Shown one piece after another: positions 26,057-39,634 of a stretch of 64,000 nucleotides of DNA; the stretch's first letter is position 1, and every line of letters begins with the position of its first letter. The position numbers and the translations under genes are program-made. This DNA is from Octopus sinensis (Eukaryota), in assembly GCF_006345805.1 (NCBI RefSeq), contig NC_043026.1, forward strand, positions 372,001 to 436,000, in the 5' to 3' direction. A model generated the notes under the pieces. It did no database searches, was not told the DNA's origin, and saw only the letters and a program-made list of their open reading frames with translations.

Positions 26057-28117
26057 TATAATATTTGATGGACGAAATACAACCCTTCAAAGCTGGTTCT
26101 CTCACGAAAAGTTGAAAACTTCACCGTGGAACGACCTAGCTTCAGCCACCGGAGTTCAATTCTCAATTGAGGGATATCGGTATGCTAATATATATTTCAT
26201 CTTCTTTTATTTTGTTATGTAGAGACCAGAATGCAAATTTGAATGCAAATTTGAACTAATTTGAACTAATACTGCTTTCGTCCGTAATAATGAAATATAT
26301 TCTGCCTCTTGACTAACAGCAACGCCGGTGATTTGTTAATCACTGTTTTTCTATACCGAGGCTAAATAGGTCTGCGCATGCGGATGTCAATCACTACTTC
26401 ATATTGATGTTTTGAAAGAAACAGGAATACGTACAGCGGGAAGACAGAAAATGTCTTGAAAGTCATAACATGCCGGCGGGAAATAACATCACTTGGTGAG
26501 ACGATCTGACACTGGATCAGCTTCGCTGACTGACAGGTGACGGTCGTTTAGAGAATGCGCGGGCTAAAACTACGCGCCTTCACTACTCAGTTAAGGTGAG
26601 ACAGTGTCACGTGACAACTTGCTGCGGCTGCCTGCTGGAGCCTCGCGGCAGGTATTTAAAGGGATAATTTTGACAAGTCTGTCAGTCACCGATTTTTATG
26701 TTCCGTTATATAATTTATTTTGACTAGAATTCATTCTATATTTATCTAGCGCTTTGATAAGATGTTTAATACAGGAAAATGTTATCGCTCGTATGTTTGT
26801 GGCCGTTTGTGGATTTATTTGTTTTTGTACCAAAGTGTATGCCTCGTGTGTAATTTCGCCTTTGTTGGTGTATTGACATTTGCGCATTTCTGCGTTTTTG
26901 TGTGAGCATGTGTGTGTGTGTGTGTGTGCGTGTTTCAGTGCATATGTGTGTTTTTATGTGTGTGAGTGTTTAAACCCACATCTTTGTGTGTATACACATT
27001 TATTATGATACACAGATGGCTATTTTTAATTAAACACTGACTAATTCAATTGCGTGTAGTGGACATACTAGTCTATTTAATAGATGTTTAGATATTCATA
27101 TTCTGAAACCCAAACAGGTTTTTTCTTTTTCTAACTCCTCAGTCTTACACGTCGCTTTTATATAACAATGCTTGGTAATTGTGAAGGGGATAGAGGCTGG
27201 TTGACCATCAATGAGGGACCACTTGACTGTCAGTACGAAAAGTCAGATCACTACCCTTCAATTCGTTATTCTGGTACAAAATCGAAAGTCATATGGAACA
27301 ACGGTAAGTGATATTGTATCTTCTGCGTGTGTGTACGTTTGTCTTACTGTGAGTAGTAGTACTAAATGTTAATTTTGTACTTATTGTTTAGCGGCCAATC
27401 AGCCTTGATTCAACTGATTTATATTCAAAGGCGTTCCAACAGTGACCGACCCACAAAGCGATGCAGAGATTCGTCTGCCATTTCTTGTAATTCGAGTTAC
27501 CACCTATAAAGGCCTCCCATGATATATTTGAATTCCTTTTGTTATTGATGTTGTTATTGTTACTTGCAGGTTATGGATTAGCAGACTCCATGGCCATATT
27601 CATTCGCCTGAGGCAGCAGAACTAACACAGCACATGATACCCATTGATACTATTGATGTTGTTAACGTCCATCCAATCCAGCTGACCACCACTGGTGATC
27701 CACATAAGTCACGTTTTACATTTTAATAAAGAATCCACACAAATATTCTATCCAACATCGGTCTTTGAAGCTGTGATTCTCTTTCTCTCATTCCAGCTGT
27801 TGTTGTTGTTCACATTCACCCAATCCAGGTGACCACCACTGGTGATCCACACAAGTCACGTTGTACCTGTTAATAAGGAATCCATATAAATATTGTATCC
27901 AATATCGGTCTTTTAAATTGTGATTCTCTTTCTCACTTTCTGAGAGCTGTTGTTGTTGTTCCAGTTCACGACTGTCCAGACTATATGTAAAAGAGATGTG
28001 TGTGTATGTGTGTGTGTGCGAGCGTGCGCGTATACACGTGCATGCGCGCCCATGCGTACGTGCGTGTGTTGTGCGTGTGTGTAGATATATGAGGTTTTAT
28101 CTCTGTGATGTTGGGGA

Positions 28118-28522
28118 AAGCTGGCAGAAACGTTAGCACGCCGGGCGAAATGTTTAGCAGTATTTCGGCTGCCGCTACGTTCTGAGTTCAAATTCCGCCG
28201 AGGTCGACTTTACCTTTCATCCTTTCGGTGTCGATTAAATAAGGATCATTTACGCACTTGGGTCGATATAATCGACTTAATTCGTTTGTCTGTCCTTGTT
28301 TGTCCCCTGTGTTTAGCCCCTTGTGGGTAGTAGAGAAATAGGTATTTCGTCTGCTGCTACGTTCTGAGTTCAAATTCCGCCGAGGCCCACTTTGCCTTTT
28401 ATTCTTTCAGGGTCGATAAATTAAGTACAAGTTACGCACTGGGGTCGATATATTCGACATAATCCGTTTTTCTGTCCTTGTTTGTCCCTTCTGTGTTTAA
28501 TCCCTTGTGGGTAGTAAAGAAA
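28118..28522 (+). mobile_element. SINE family A dimer
   Basis: Homology to 25826-26056. Confidence 0.8.
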
Positions 28523-29505
28523 GAGGATGTGGGGGAAAGCTTTCAGCAAATCAAAGAGATCAGAACAATGATACTAATTATACAAAGGAAAGTGAAAAAA
28601 TATACGCGTTTCGCCGAAACAGTCTTTCGGTTGGTCGCTCTAGTTTCATCAGTGGCGTGTTAAAGGGTGTTACTCTTCTGATTTCTTGACCGACGTTTCA
28701 CTTTGATCTCTCTCCAGCTTCCATTCTTGTGTTACAGAACAAACGTGGCAGCTCTACTGGAAGTGTGCACTAAGGGAAAATAGGGATCAGTGAAAATGCT
28801 TCTCTAATCTGAATGTGTGTCAGGGGCTGAAATTCTTTCCAGGCTTTCAATACAATTAAGGAACAGCGCTCTACTGCGTAGAAGTATTTACGAGAAGAGG
28901 GAGAAGTTTTAAATGGCCGGACAAGCGTGAAATACGAGGAGTGATAAGGACACCCATTAACCGTCACCGGTGACGTGGAGATTCAACAATTTTCAGAAAT
29001 GCTTCTGGCGAAACAACGATTTCCCATTGATGAGATGGCTTATTCTCTGCAAATTATTATGGTTCGGCATCCGCGACAAGCTTCGGTTCTGCGGAGTTAG
29101 TACGAGAAGGGCGCCAACAGAGCTTTTCGATGTGAATAAGCGCAATCGTGTGGATTTTTGTCAATTCTAACTCGAACGCTTCAGCATTAAGCTAAAGTTG
29201 TTTCAGGGAGAGTAGACACGATTGATGAAATCGGGGCCCATAACTTTGAGCCAGAATCGAAAAGGTTTAGTATGAAGCGGAAACGAAACGAATCACCAGT
29301 GGAAAAGAAATTCAAGATTCAACCTTCGGCAGAAAATTGTGATGCTAAGCGTTTGGGGGATGCAAAAGGGTCTATATTGCAACATTGTCCCTTAGATGAG
29401 GTCTACAGTGAAATTTTGGTTAACAAAGGGAAACCAGCAATTCGTAACAAACGCCGATGTCTATTATTGTAAGACAATGCACGCCCATATTCAGCCACCC
29501 ATACA
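28522..29505 (+). mobile_element. Mariner relic, duplicate
   Basis: Same as 44775-45752; includes GACAATGCACGCCCA (DNARP). Confidence 0.8.
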
Positions 29506-29512
29506 TAGATAG

Positions 29513-29562
<50 letters not shown>

Positions 29563-29563
29563 T

Positions 29564-29659
<96 letters not shown>

Positions 29660-29723
29660 TAGATAGATTGATAAAGCAATAGATAGATAGAGAGCTAGAT
29701 AGATAGATAGACAGATTGATAGG

Positions 29724-29808
<85 letters not shown>
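29506..29808. repeat. (GATA)n microsatellite (representative; similar tracts at ~377, 6140, 7478, 13875, 16550, 18318, 23667, 45752, 51481, 52797, 59065)
   Basis: Direct inspection. Confidence 0.95.
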
Positions 29809-30932
29809 TACCTTATAATAAAGCACCGTTAATTCCTAAGATACATGTAAAAACATGCAGAGTGAAACTGGTGAGAACTGTTCGTGTTATGCTTCGATGT
29901 CTGTAACTGTTGGCGTGTTTATTTGTCATGAAATGAAGAAAATTATCTATTAACACATCAACTATCAATGGTTGAAATTAAGAGTGTACACAGGTCAGGA
30001 CAAGGTTTTTGGTCCATCATCCACGGTGATTGATTTCAATGATTTCCTATAATGAAAGTCTTCGGTATAGCGACCTCAATTGTTCTGCTTTTATATCTCC
30101 ACTCACAGAAACACCAACATCACATCACGCTATTACCAGGTATTAAAACTACAACGTCAATATCACAAACACCGCAACAGCCTTACTGCTAACATCGGAA
30201 CGACGTCAGTAACCACACAGCCGTATTTTCTGCGAGCTTAGTGAAACGCATGTCTCTATTGAAGGCCCTTTTATTCTTCATAGCAATCAAAGGAAACATA
30301 TTGGAAAATCTGGTTTATTTTCACTTCTGTGTAGGAACAGTCAAATTAGTAAACAGTTTTGAACTGAGTTGATGGTTCTGTGTTTTGCTCATTTATGGAC
30401 AGTCTATACGGTTTGATTATTTATGGACAGGTCTTAGTCTGTAAGTAATACTGATAAGAGAAATTAGGAGAGAAAGCAGTGGCCAGTACTGACAGTTACG
30501 AAGTGTTCAGACATCTGAAGACACAACTGTGGGTAATAGAGGGTAATATTGACGGGAGAAGACAGTAAGGGGAGCAGGGAAAAAGTTGTGACTTTCACGA
30601 ACCATCCTTACAAGAAGTCCTTACAGAACCACCTGAAGTGTACGCTCTCCGCCCTACCTCACTGAAAGTAAGTGTGCTTTCTATCACATTGCATTTTGTG
30701 TGTTCGGGTACGTGTTATGGCTAGGATATGTTGCAGTTAAGATTAGAGTGTGTGGGTGTGTAACAACAGTTGAAATAAGGATGATTCTGCGTGCAAACGC
30801 CAATCTTGCGCTTTTTCAATTGTTGTATCGAGTAAACGCTCTCTCTCTCTCTCTCTCTCCCCCTCTCTCTCTCTCTCTCTTACACACACACTGTTTCCCT
30901 CTCCTTCTTCTCTCTCACAGCTAGCTAACTAG

Positions 30933-31002
<70 letters not shown>

Positions 31003-31364
31003 GTATGTATGTATGTGTGTGTGTATATATATATATATATATGTTTGTATGTATATATGTATGTATGTATATACATACAGACAGACAGGCACCAAATGTA
31101 GTTAAAAGTGCTTTACAGTGTAATCCGGATGGATATAGAAAGAAAGGTAGGCCTAAGATCTCATGGCGTAGATCAACACAGAAGGAACTAGAGAAAGGGG
31201 GACATTCAGAGTATAAGTATAGAAGAGAAAAATTATGCGACAAGGAATTCAACTCTAAGTGGCCTATACTCCGCATTGGGAGATTAAAGGCAGGAAAAAA
31301 AAAGATACGTATGAGCGAGTGACCAATCAAAGTCATTAATTTCGCATGTTAAACAGATTACATA

Positions 31365-31878
31365 TATATGCGTCACATCAAACGCACCAACACCACTGAC
31401 ACGACCAACAAGAATATCGAACACACCCCATCGAATGTGCATTTAGGTATCTAATGTGCTCAGTGAAGTGTGACTGTTCGTATTCATGTGAGACACTAGT
31501 TTAGTTCCGTGCAGGTGAAGTCATAATATCATTAATGACCAGTGTTGCTCTCACTGTGTATGTTATTGACCATTGTACAGAGTTGTCGTAGCTGCTGATA
31601 CTGGTGACAGAAGCGAGCAGTGCTGCTATCAGTGAACAGTTCGAAGACCTTCGCTCCGGTTTCACTTGTAGAGACAGTGGTAATATTGTCATCTGTAGGA
31701 ACTCTGGATTGATATCTGGAGACAGTGCCGACATCTGTGGTAATTCTGGAAGCAGAAGATAATATTCCTTCTACTATAAACACAAGGTCTGAAATTTTGT
31801 AGGAAAGGGCTAGTTGATCATATGAACCCCACTGCTCAGCTACTACTTGTTTTATTGAGCCTGAAAGGAAAAAAGGAT
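31365..31878. repeat. ~510-bp block duplicated directly at ~62403-62915
   Basis: GCGTCACATCAAACGCACCAAC…GAAAGGAAAAAAGGAT is present at both sites; the second copy runs into the N gap. Confidence 0.85.
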
Positions 31879-32420
31879 AAGTCGGCCTCTGTATCATTTG
31901 AATGCAGTGAACAATATTGTCATTCGTAGGGGTCCTGACTTGACATCTACAGACAGTGGTGATATCTGTGGTAATTCTGAAAGCGGAATTTGTGGACATC
32001 CTTCATATTTTATGACTGGACGGTCATAGTGGACAGACCTGACAACGTCTCTCGTTGCCCAGGAATAGCAAAATCACTGCGTCTACCCACAACAAAGGTA
32101 AGATTACATTTGGGCGTGTGAGTGTGTGTGTGTGTGAGAGAGAGAGAGCCTATTCTCTTCCCCTCTCTATGTTCTCCTCTCCCCTACTGCTTTCTATGTT
32201 TCTCACTCTCTCTCCGAATACTCTCACTCTCTTTTATCTGTTGATCTTTCTTTTTACATCTGTCCCCTTATCCCTTTCTCTGTCTCCTTATACCAGGATC
32301 GATTTCTCCCTATTTCTATCTCTCTATCACTTTCTCTGCTGTCTCTTTCTCTTTACCTCTCCCACTTTTGAATTCTGTCTTCCTCTCCTTCTCTCTCTAA
32401 ATTTTCTCCCTCATCTTCTA

Positions 32421-32480
<60 letters not shown>

Positions 32481-32552
32481 GCACGCACGCACACATGCAC
32501 ATGCGTACACAAATATTTACATGTATGGTCCTCTTCTGATTCTAGAGCCAAG

Positions 32553-32883
32553 ATGTTCCAGTTTCCTTCTACCATTCCAACCGTGACCACAGTGCTGCTA
32601 TTAACCCTTACTACAATTCTGACCGTTACCTCAAACCAGCAATTTTATACAGGCAGCTACAGATCTTTGGCTCCTGGGTATTCCTACCGTTACCTTCAGG
32701 AACCTCCGACAGAACAATTCTCCTCCACTCGATGTCTACTGAAATGTGTCGCAATTTCTCTAAGCAGCCAATCGGAATTCTTCACTTACAACAATGTCAG
32801 CCGTGTTTGTAAGAATTACTCACCGAAAAATATCATGACAGTTGTCAGCACGAATGACAGCAACGAGATGTCCTTCTACAGAA
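32553..32883 (+). CDS. G3 exon 1 (signal peptide + PAN/Apple-like module)
   Basis: ATG at 32553, open for 110 codons, donor A|GTCAGT. Homologous to exon 1 of G1 and G2. Confidence 0.85.
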
Positions 32884-35043
32884 GTCAGTGAATTACTATT
32901 ATTATTTTTCATTATCATTATGATTAATTCCGCCGAGGTAACTTTCTTTTTCATATGAATCGACTTTCTTCTGCGTGTATATAGATAATTTTTTATATAC
33001 CATCCTAGGCCATTTTCCTCTGCTTCGATACAGTCTTGACAACAGATCAAACTTGTCCCACCCTTTCTTCTGGACGAGTACAGCCTATTGGTATCACTCT
33101 CCTTTTTTCTCATTAATATAAGCTATTATTGTTATAATTATCATTGATAGTAATATATTTGTACGTACCTGACGCGTGTATCACATTTAAGAGAAAGAAA
33201 TTAAATATTGTAAAACTAAATCTCAGGAAGAGGTTTGAGACCACCACCTATCTGCTTTATTATTATTTATCAACACCCATGCCTACTGGACCACAGACGT
33301 AACAACGCTCTCAATGAGAAAATTAAGTTACGAGCGTCTTAAATATCCAGCTCGAAATACTGAATGTAGGAAATGGAAGAAGATTGATCACTTTTCAAAA
33401 GTATGTAGGTCTAAATATTCAGTTACTGCATCAATTCAAACTGGTACGGTTGCTTCTGTTCTCTCTGCGTTGCACGCGTCGATGATAGAAATATCTATAA
33501 ATGGATTTTCGTGAAAACTCTCTCGGACACTGGAAGCTTGGAAAACTTCCTTTCAAAATCTGTGGTTAAATCTCTTCGGTTTCCTACTTCTCCATATAAT
33601 GGTACTATATCGATGGCTGCAGCTAATTTAAAGTCGTCTGTCAAAGCATGCTGCAAACTAAATATAACTCGGATCTTTTTGGCGTTCACACCATGTAAGA
33701 ATACCTCCAGAACGGTCATGGGCATTCTTAAATTTTTAACTGTTTCTAAACGTTTTTAAGGCAGGGGGCAAGTGTTGTAATTTTGCTGGATTTGAACCTG
33801 TTAGGTGGTGCGTTGTATCACTCTATATAGCAGGTGAACATCTTCATTTATTTGACATTTATCAAGTGGACTACTCGTTTTCTTTTCTTCTAGTATACTT
33901 GTAAGTAAAAGCCAAAGTTCACGGTTCATGGTTAAAACTGACGGTTTCCTACTATATTGGTACAAACATACGTACCTACTTAGTTACTTACATACATACT
34001 TATACACATACACACTTACTGTTTACTGCAATGATTTGGTTCACTAGATCGGTGAAAAATTCTTTTAAAGTTGTTAATATTTTCAGAGGGGAAAGCGGCA
34101 AACTGGCGGAAACGTTAGCACGCCGGGTGAAATTCTTAACAGTATTTCGTCTGCCGCTACGTTCTGAGTTCAATTTCCGCCGAGGTCGACTTTGCCTTTC
34201 ATCATTTTGGGGTCGATTAAATAAGTATCAGTTACGCACTGGGGTCGATATAATCGAGTTAATCCGTTTGTCTGTCCTTGTTTGTCCTCCCTGTGTTTAG
34301 CCCCTTGTGGGTAGTAAAGAAATAGGTATTTCATCTGCCGCTACGCTCTGAGTTCAAATTCCGCCGAGGTCGAATTTGCCTTTCATCATTTTGGGGTCGA
34401 TAAAATAAGTACCATTTACGCACTGGGGTCGAAATATTCAAATTAATCCGTTTGTCTATCCTTGTTTGTCCTCTCTGTATTTAGCCCCTTATGGGTAGTA
34501 AAGAAATAGGTATTTCGCCTGTTGACTCGTTCTGAGTCGCCCAGGTCGACTTTGCCTTTCATCCACTCGGGGTCGATATATTAAGTACCAGTTCAACACT
34601 GGGGTCGATGTAATCCATTCATGGCCTCCCCAAAATTGCTGCCCTATGTTTTCCAGAAACTTCTGTTCTGGCTGCATCTAAATGATTTTGTAGTCCCTTG
34701 TTAAATTATGCTTTATCATGTCCATTTTGTATTTGTTCCTTTGTCTTGCTTTTTTTCCTCTGCATTCAATACTCCATCATTCCCGACACTAGCAAGGTTT
34801 CCATTTGCTCTCCTCGCATACAGACAAACAGTGTCTGTACGTGGATGATGGGCTCCATGCATCTTTAGAAGCTTTCTCGTTTTCCTGTCCATCTCCTATA
34901 CCTCCTCCTCTCTTCAGTTCAGGATGCCAACGCCATACACAACTCTGAAATGGCGCGAAAGTTCTTTGCCGAAACTATGTTACTGGCATCGAGTTTTGAA
35001 GCCAATATTGCCATGATTATTACTGCTGCTTCTGCTGCTGCTG

Positions 35044-35094
<51 letters not shown>

Positions 35095-36555
35095 TTATTA
35101 TTATTGTTGTTGGTATTATTATAATTATTTCAGATAGCCAATGGATTAAAACTTATGCCATATCAATGGGAGCTGGTTCGAAAGTATATGATTCATTCCT
35201 GAATATAGGACTTCCTTCATCCTGGAATGTGGACGAATGCAGAGGTACCTTTTGTCCCAACTTCTTCCGGCATCCTATCCTGGATTACTGGAACTATCTT
35301 CCAATTGAGGAGGTATGTATGCATACACATACACGCGCACACAAATGCATATTATTATTTCCATAATAACAGTAATAATGATAAACAAATATTTAGATCA
35401 ATTCAGTTATGTGTGTCACATATTTGACCTGTAAAAAATTATTTATTGGGAAGGCGAAGCAGTGTTGTAAAGAATTTTATCCGCGGCAAACCGCGGTGAG
35501 ATTCATGGCCTCCCCCAAATTGTTGCCCTTGTGGAAAAGATTTGAAACCATTATTATTAATTCTTTTTATAATAGGTTTTGCTGGAACTCCTAGAATCTT
35601 GCATGCGTAGCAAGCTCGCTGCTTGCAGCCTACGTTGCTATGCTACCCGTCCTTTTCATAGAAAAAAGACTTTCCTTATTGGGAATGACGAGTGAATAAA
35701 CGACAAAATCGATGAAATCTCCTTAGGATACATGACTGGTAAAAGTCTTATTCAGCTCGGCACAAAGTAAAGCATGTGGACCTCGGTGGCTCTCGAATTA
35801 TTTTGTCATTCTTTTTGTGATATGGCGAGATTGAGTTACAAACAAACCTTGAAGGAAGAGCGAAGCCAGAAAACTGTCAGAACCCAGATTAAGAGCAGTA
35901 AATAAGATTAGCTAGAACACATCTCGTGAAAACCTCTTTCTGATAACACCAGGCAAACCGTCCGATGAATATCCCAAGGGAGACAAGCGTGACAGATCAA
36001 AATCAACGTGGAAAATTTCTACAGAAACTGAAGAAGTATCAGGCGGTTATACCTGGGGAAAACTATAACTTATTGCCAAATTTAGAGACAGAATTCTAAT
36101 GGAACTAAGAAGGCATGTCGTCGGGTGTTTTTTTCCGCTGTATGTCTAACTACTAAATTCAGCGTTTCAGTGTGTTCTCTCCGGGCTACACATTTTGGGT
36201 GGGAATAAATTTTAGTTGATTAATTCAACAAGCTGTATTTAGCAGACAATGATATATCAAGCACTAATTAATATAAAAATATTGCTAGTACATATAATTT
36301 TATCTCTTATCTCTTTGTAATAATAATATATTGTTAATATATTGGACGCCATGATAGATCGTTAGCTCCTACACGCATTTTTCTCTCCTTGTTTCTCTCC
36401 TTGTTTTTGCCAGTGTATCTTTCTGTCGAAGAGCATAGGCTCGAAACGTAAAAGACTTTTTCTATTCCTGAGCGCTATGCTAATACATTTGTTTGTTTGT
36501 ACTCCACCTGCCTTCGTCTTTTGTTTATTTTCGTAAACTTGCCCTTTATTTATAC

Positions 36556-36647
<92 letters not shown>

Positions 36648-38800
36648 CGGGAAGCTTTATGAAAATAAACAAAAGACGAAGGCAGGTGGAAAACAAACGA
36701 ACAATTGTATTAGTATGGCGCTCAGGAAATATAAATAAAACAAGTCTTTAACGTTTCGAGCCTACGCTCTTCAACAGAAAGATACACAGAGAGAGAAAAA
36801 CACAGAAAGAAGGAGAGAAAAAAAATGCGTGCAGTAGCTAACGAATCAACGTGGCGATCTGATTTCGGCCAGAGGTCAAAGATCAAACATGAGACGCGAG
36901 AGCGAAATAAGGGGAGATAATAGGGTTGATAAAAGGGTTGAGGGACCAGCTAATAGTGCGTAGGAGGGGTCTGGATGTGTGTATGTATAGGGTTGGTGTA
37001 TGTATTAGTATGTATAAGGGTGTGTGTGTGTGTGTATGAGAGAGTATTAGTGCGTAGGATTGGTCTGGACGTGCGTATGTATGGGGTTGGTGTATGTATT
37101 AGTATGTATTAGTATGTATTAGTACGTATTGGTATGTATAAGTGTGTGTGTGTGTGTGTGTATGAGAGAGTATAAGTGCGTATGTATATGTATATATATA
37201 TATATATATATAGTAGCAGTATCGCCCGGCTTTGCTCGGGTTTGTAAGGGAAATAACTATATAAGCATTTTGAGAGAGTTATACCCAAAATATAGCAAAA
37301 AATGCATTAAAAATGGAAAAAAAATTAAGGTAATTTTTTTTAAATCGTTGACACATCGTAGATATTTTTAGAGAGTGACTTCCCTTATATAATAGCGAAA
37401 AGATGCATTAAAATGGAAAAATATGATGGTAAATTTTTTTTTAATCGTAGACTCATCGTAGACGCGCGCTAATACCCAGAAGGGCTCGATATGAATCACG
37501 ACTATAAGATACCCGCTTTTGGTTAAACTGCACCGCAAAATGTGGGAGTAGTTAGGAATCTAAATCGTAGGAGACAGACACACAACTTCACTTTTATATA
37601 TAAAGATATAAGCCACGTAGTTATATACACATACTTTGTTATATACACATTCTTAAAAGAAAATGTTATTTTGAACACAACATTTATAAAGAATAAAATA
37701 TTTTTTGGTTTTTCTTTTAAACGGATGCATACATTTATTAATAACTATATATAAGTGTCGTCTGTTTATACATAAACACTGTTTCATACTGCAATTATAT
37801 ATACATATATCTATATATAATATTATATAATAGAATATATATAGAATATGTGTATATATTTATGTATGTATAAATATATACTGAAAGAAGCTCGGCTCGC
37901 CAATTAATACTACCAAAATGTAACGACAGAAAGTAAATTAAAAACCAATTTACCTTTTCTGTATTGTTATGGCAATTCGACCGACCGTGTGTCTTTGCAA
38001 ATGTGTTGGAATGAGAAGTGAGTTGTGTTTAGCGCCTTTTTTACTAATAACAAACACACACGTGTTTGTATGTAGTTGTTTGAAACATTTGTGTTTGTCA
38101 CTGTCATATATGTATCTGTATGCGTGTGTGTGAGGAATGACACACACACACTCATGCACGCAAACATGTACATCAATGCTTTCGGAGTGAAATGTTAAAA
38201 TATTGAGTTTTCTCGAATTTTGTCTTAATTGGGGGTAAAATTGAAAGAAATTTTGTATGGCATGACCCAATGAAAGTACTTTGAAAAATCATGGGTAAAC
38301 TCTAATTGAAGAAATTGTGTGAGGAGTAATTCGTTATGTATTTATTTGTTTCTGTTTGCTGTGTTTTTTTTTGTAGTGGTTTAAGGTACGCTTCTCTCGT
38401 TTTATAGAAATAGTTTCACTTTAATCGTTGCACACTTGCAAAGAGAAAGGAGTAGAAATTAGAGTGATAGCGTGAGTGAAGCAGATCGTTCCCTGTGTGT
38501 GTGTGTGCGTGTGCTATAGCCCACACTAAGAAAAGCACTTGACTTACACACCACAATGTGAGTTTTCTCTAAATTTTCCTTAATTGGGGTTGAAATTGGA
38601 AAAACTCGACCTGGCACGACCCGATGCATTCTACTCTTAAAAATGCTAGATAAATTGTAATTGAAGAAATCCTATATTGTAGATTTCTATAAGAGACAAA
38701 GGGAGGCAGATAAAATCTGCCTTTTATAATAAGAGATATATGAAGGCGCAATGGCCCAGTGGTTATAAAATATTTCTTTTATATGTTTATATATGTTTTC

Positions 38801-38881
<81 letters not shown>

Positions 38882-39597
38882 TCTTTTACTTGTTTCAGCC
38901 ATTTGACTGTGGTCATGCTGGAGCACTGCCTTTAGTCTAGCAACTCGACCCCGGGACTTATTCTTTCGAAGCCCAGTACTTATTCTATCGGTCTCTTTTG
39001 CCGAACCGCTAAGTAACGGGGACGGACATAAACACACCAGCATCGGTTGTCAAGCAATGCTAGAGAGCCAAACACAGACACACAAACACACACACGCATA
39101 TATATGTATATATATATATATATATATATACAACGGGCTTCTTTCAGTTTCCGTCTACCAAATCCACTCACAAGGCTTTGGTCAGCCCGAGTCTATAGTA
39201 GAAGACACTTTCCCAATGGGCCAAGCAGTGAGACTGAACCCGGAACCATGTGGTTGGTAAACAAGCTACTTACCACACAGCCACTCCTGCGCCTATATAT
39301 ATATATATATAATTGAGTGATACTACACACTGATTGGTCAGAATACAGTTTGCAAACCTAGCAATCTGGAGCCCACACAGCTGTATTTAAGGCACAGATT
39401 TAATCATCTCGCTACAGTCAAAAATTGTGAAGTATGACTGTCACCACTACTACATGAACCTGAAGATTGCAGAATTTAAGGCATGAAAGTACTAGTTCAA
39501 TCAGAATGAAGATTTAACATTCTATTATCTTATATTATATCATTATAAGATTGTAAATAAAACGTAAAAATCAGACAAGGTTGGAACTCCTTTTATT

Positions 39598-39634
<37 letters not shown>

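Larger units (their letters stand above)
21959..27625 (+). pseudogene. G2: full-length disabled paralog
   Basis: Exons 21959-22286 (first ATG is ATT, second ATG at 21992; PAN Cys>Gly), 22992-23169 (178 nt, 1-bp deletion), 25766-26179 (1-bp deletion plus 231-bp SINE insertion), 27143-27303, 27570-27625. Confidence 0.85.
6380..30930. repeat. Inverted duplication, head-to-head G1/G2 (arms ~6380-16323 and ~21558-30930, ~5.2-kb spacer)
   Basis: Promoter region, exons, introns and 3' flank (SINEs, mariner, 1-kb block) occur as reverse complements. Confidence 0.9.

Noticed and set aside
32055-32552. N-terminal extension of the 278-aa ORF upstream of G3 exon 1
   Set aside because: It runs through CT-rich and (CA)n simple sequence. 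The ATG at 32553 aligns with the G1 start and precedes the signal peptide.
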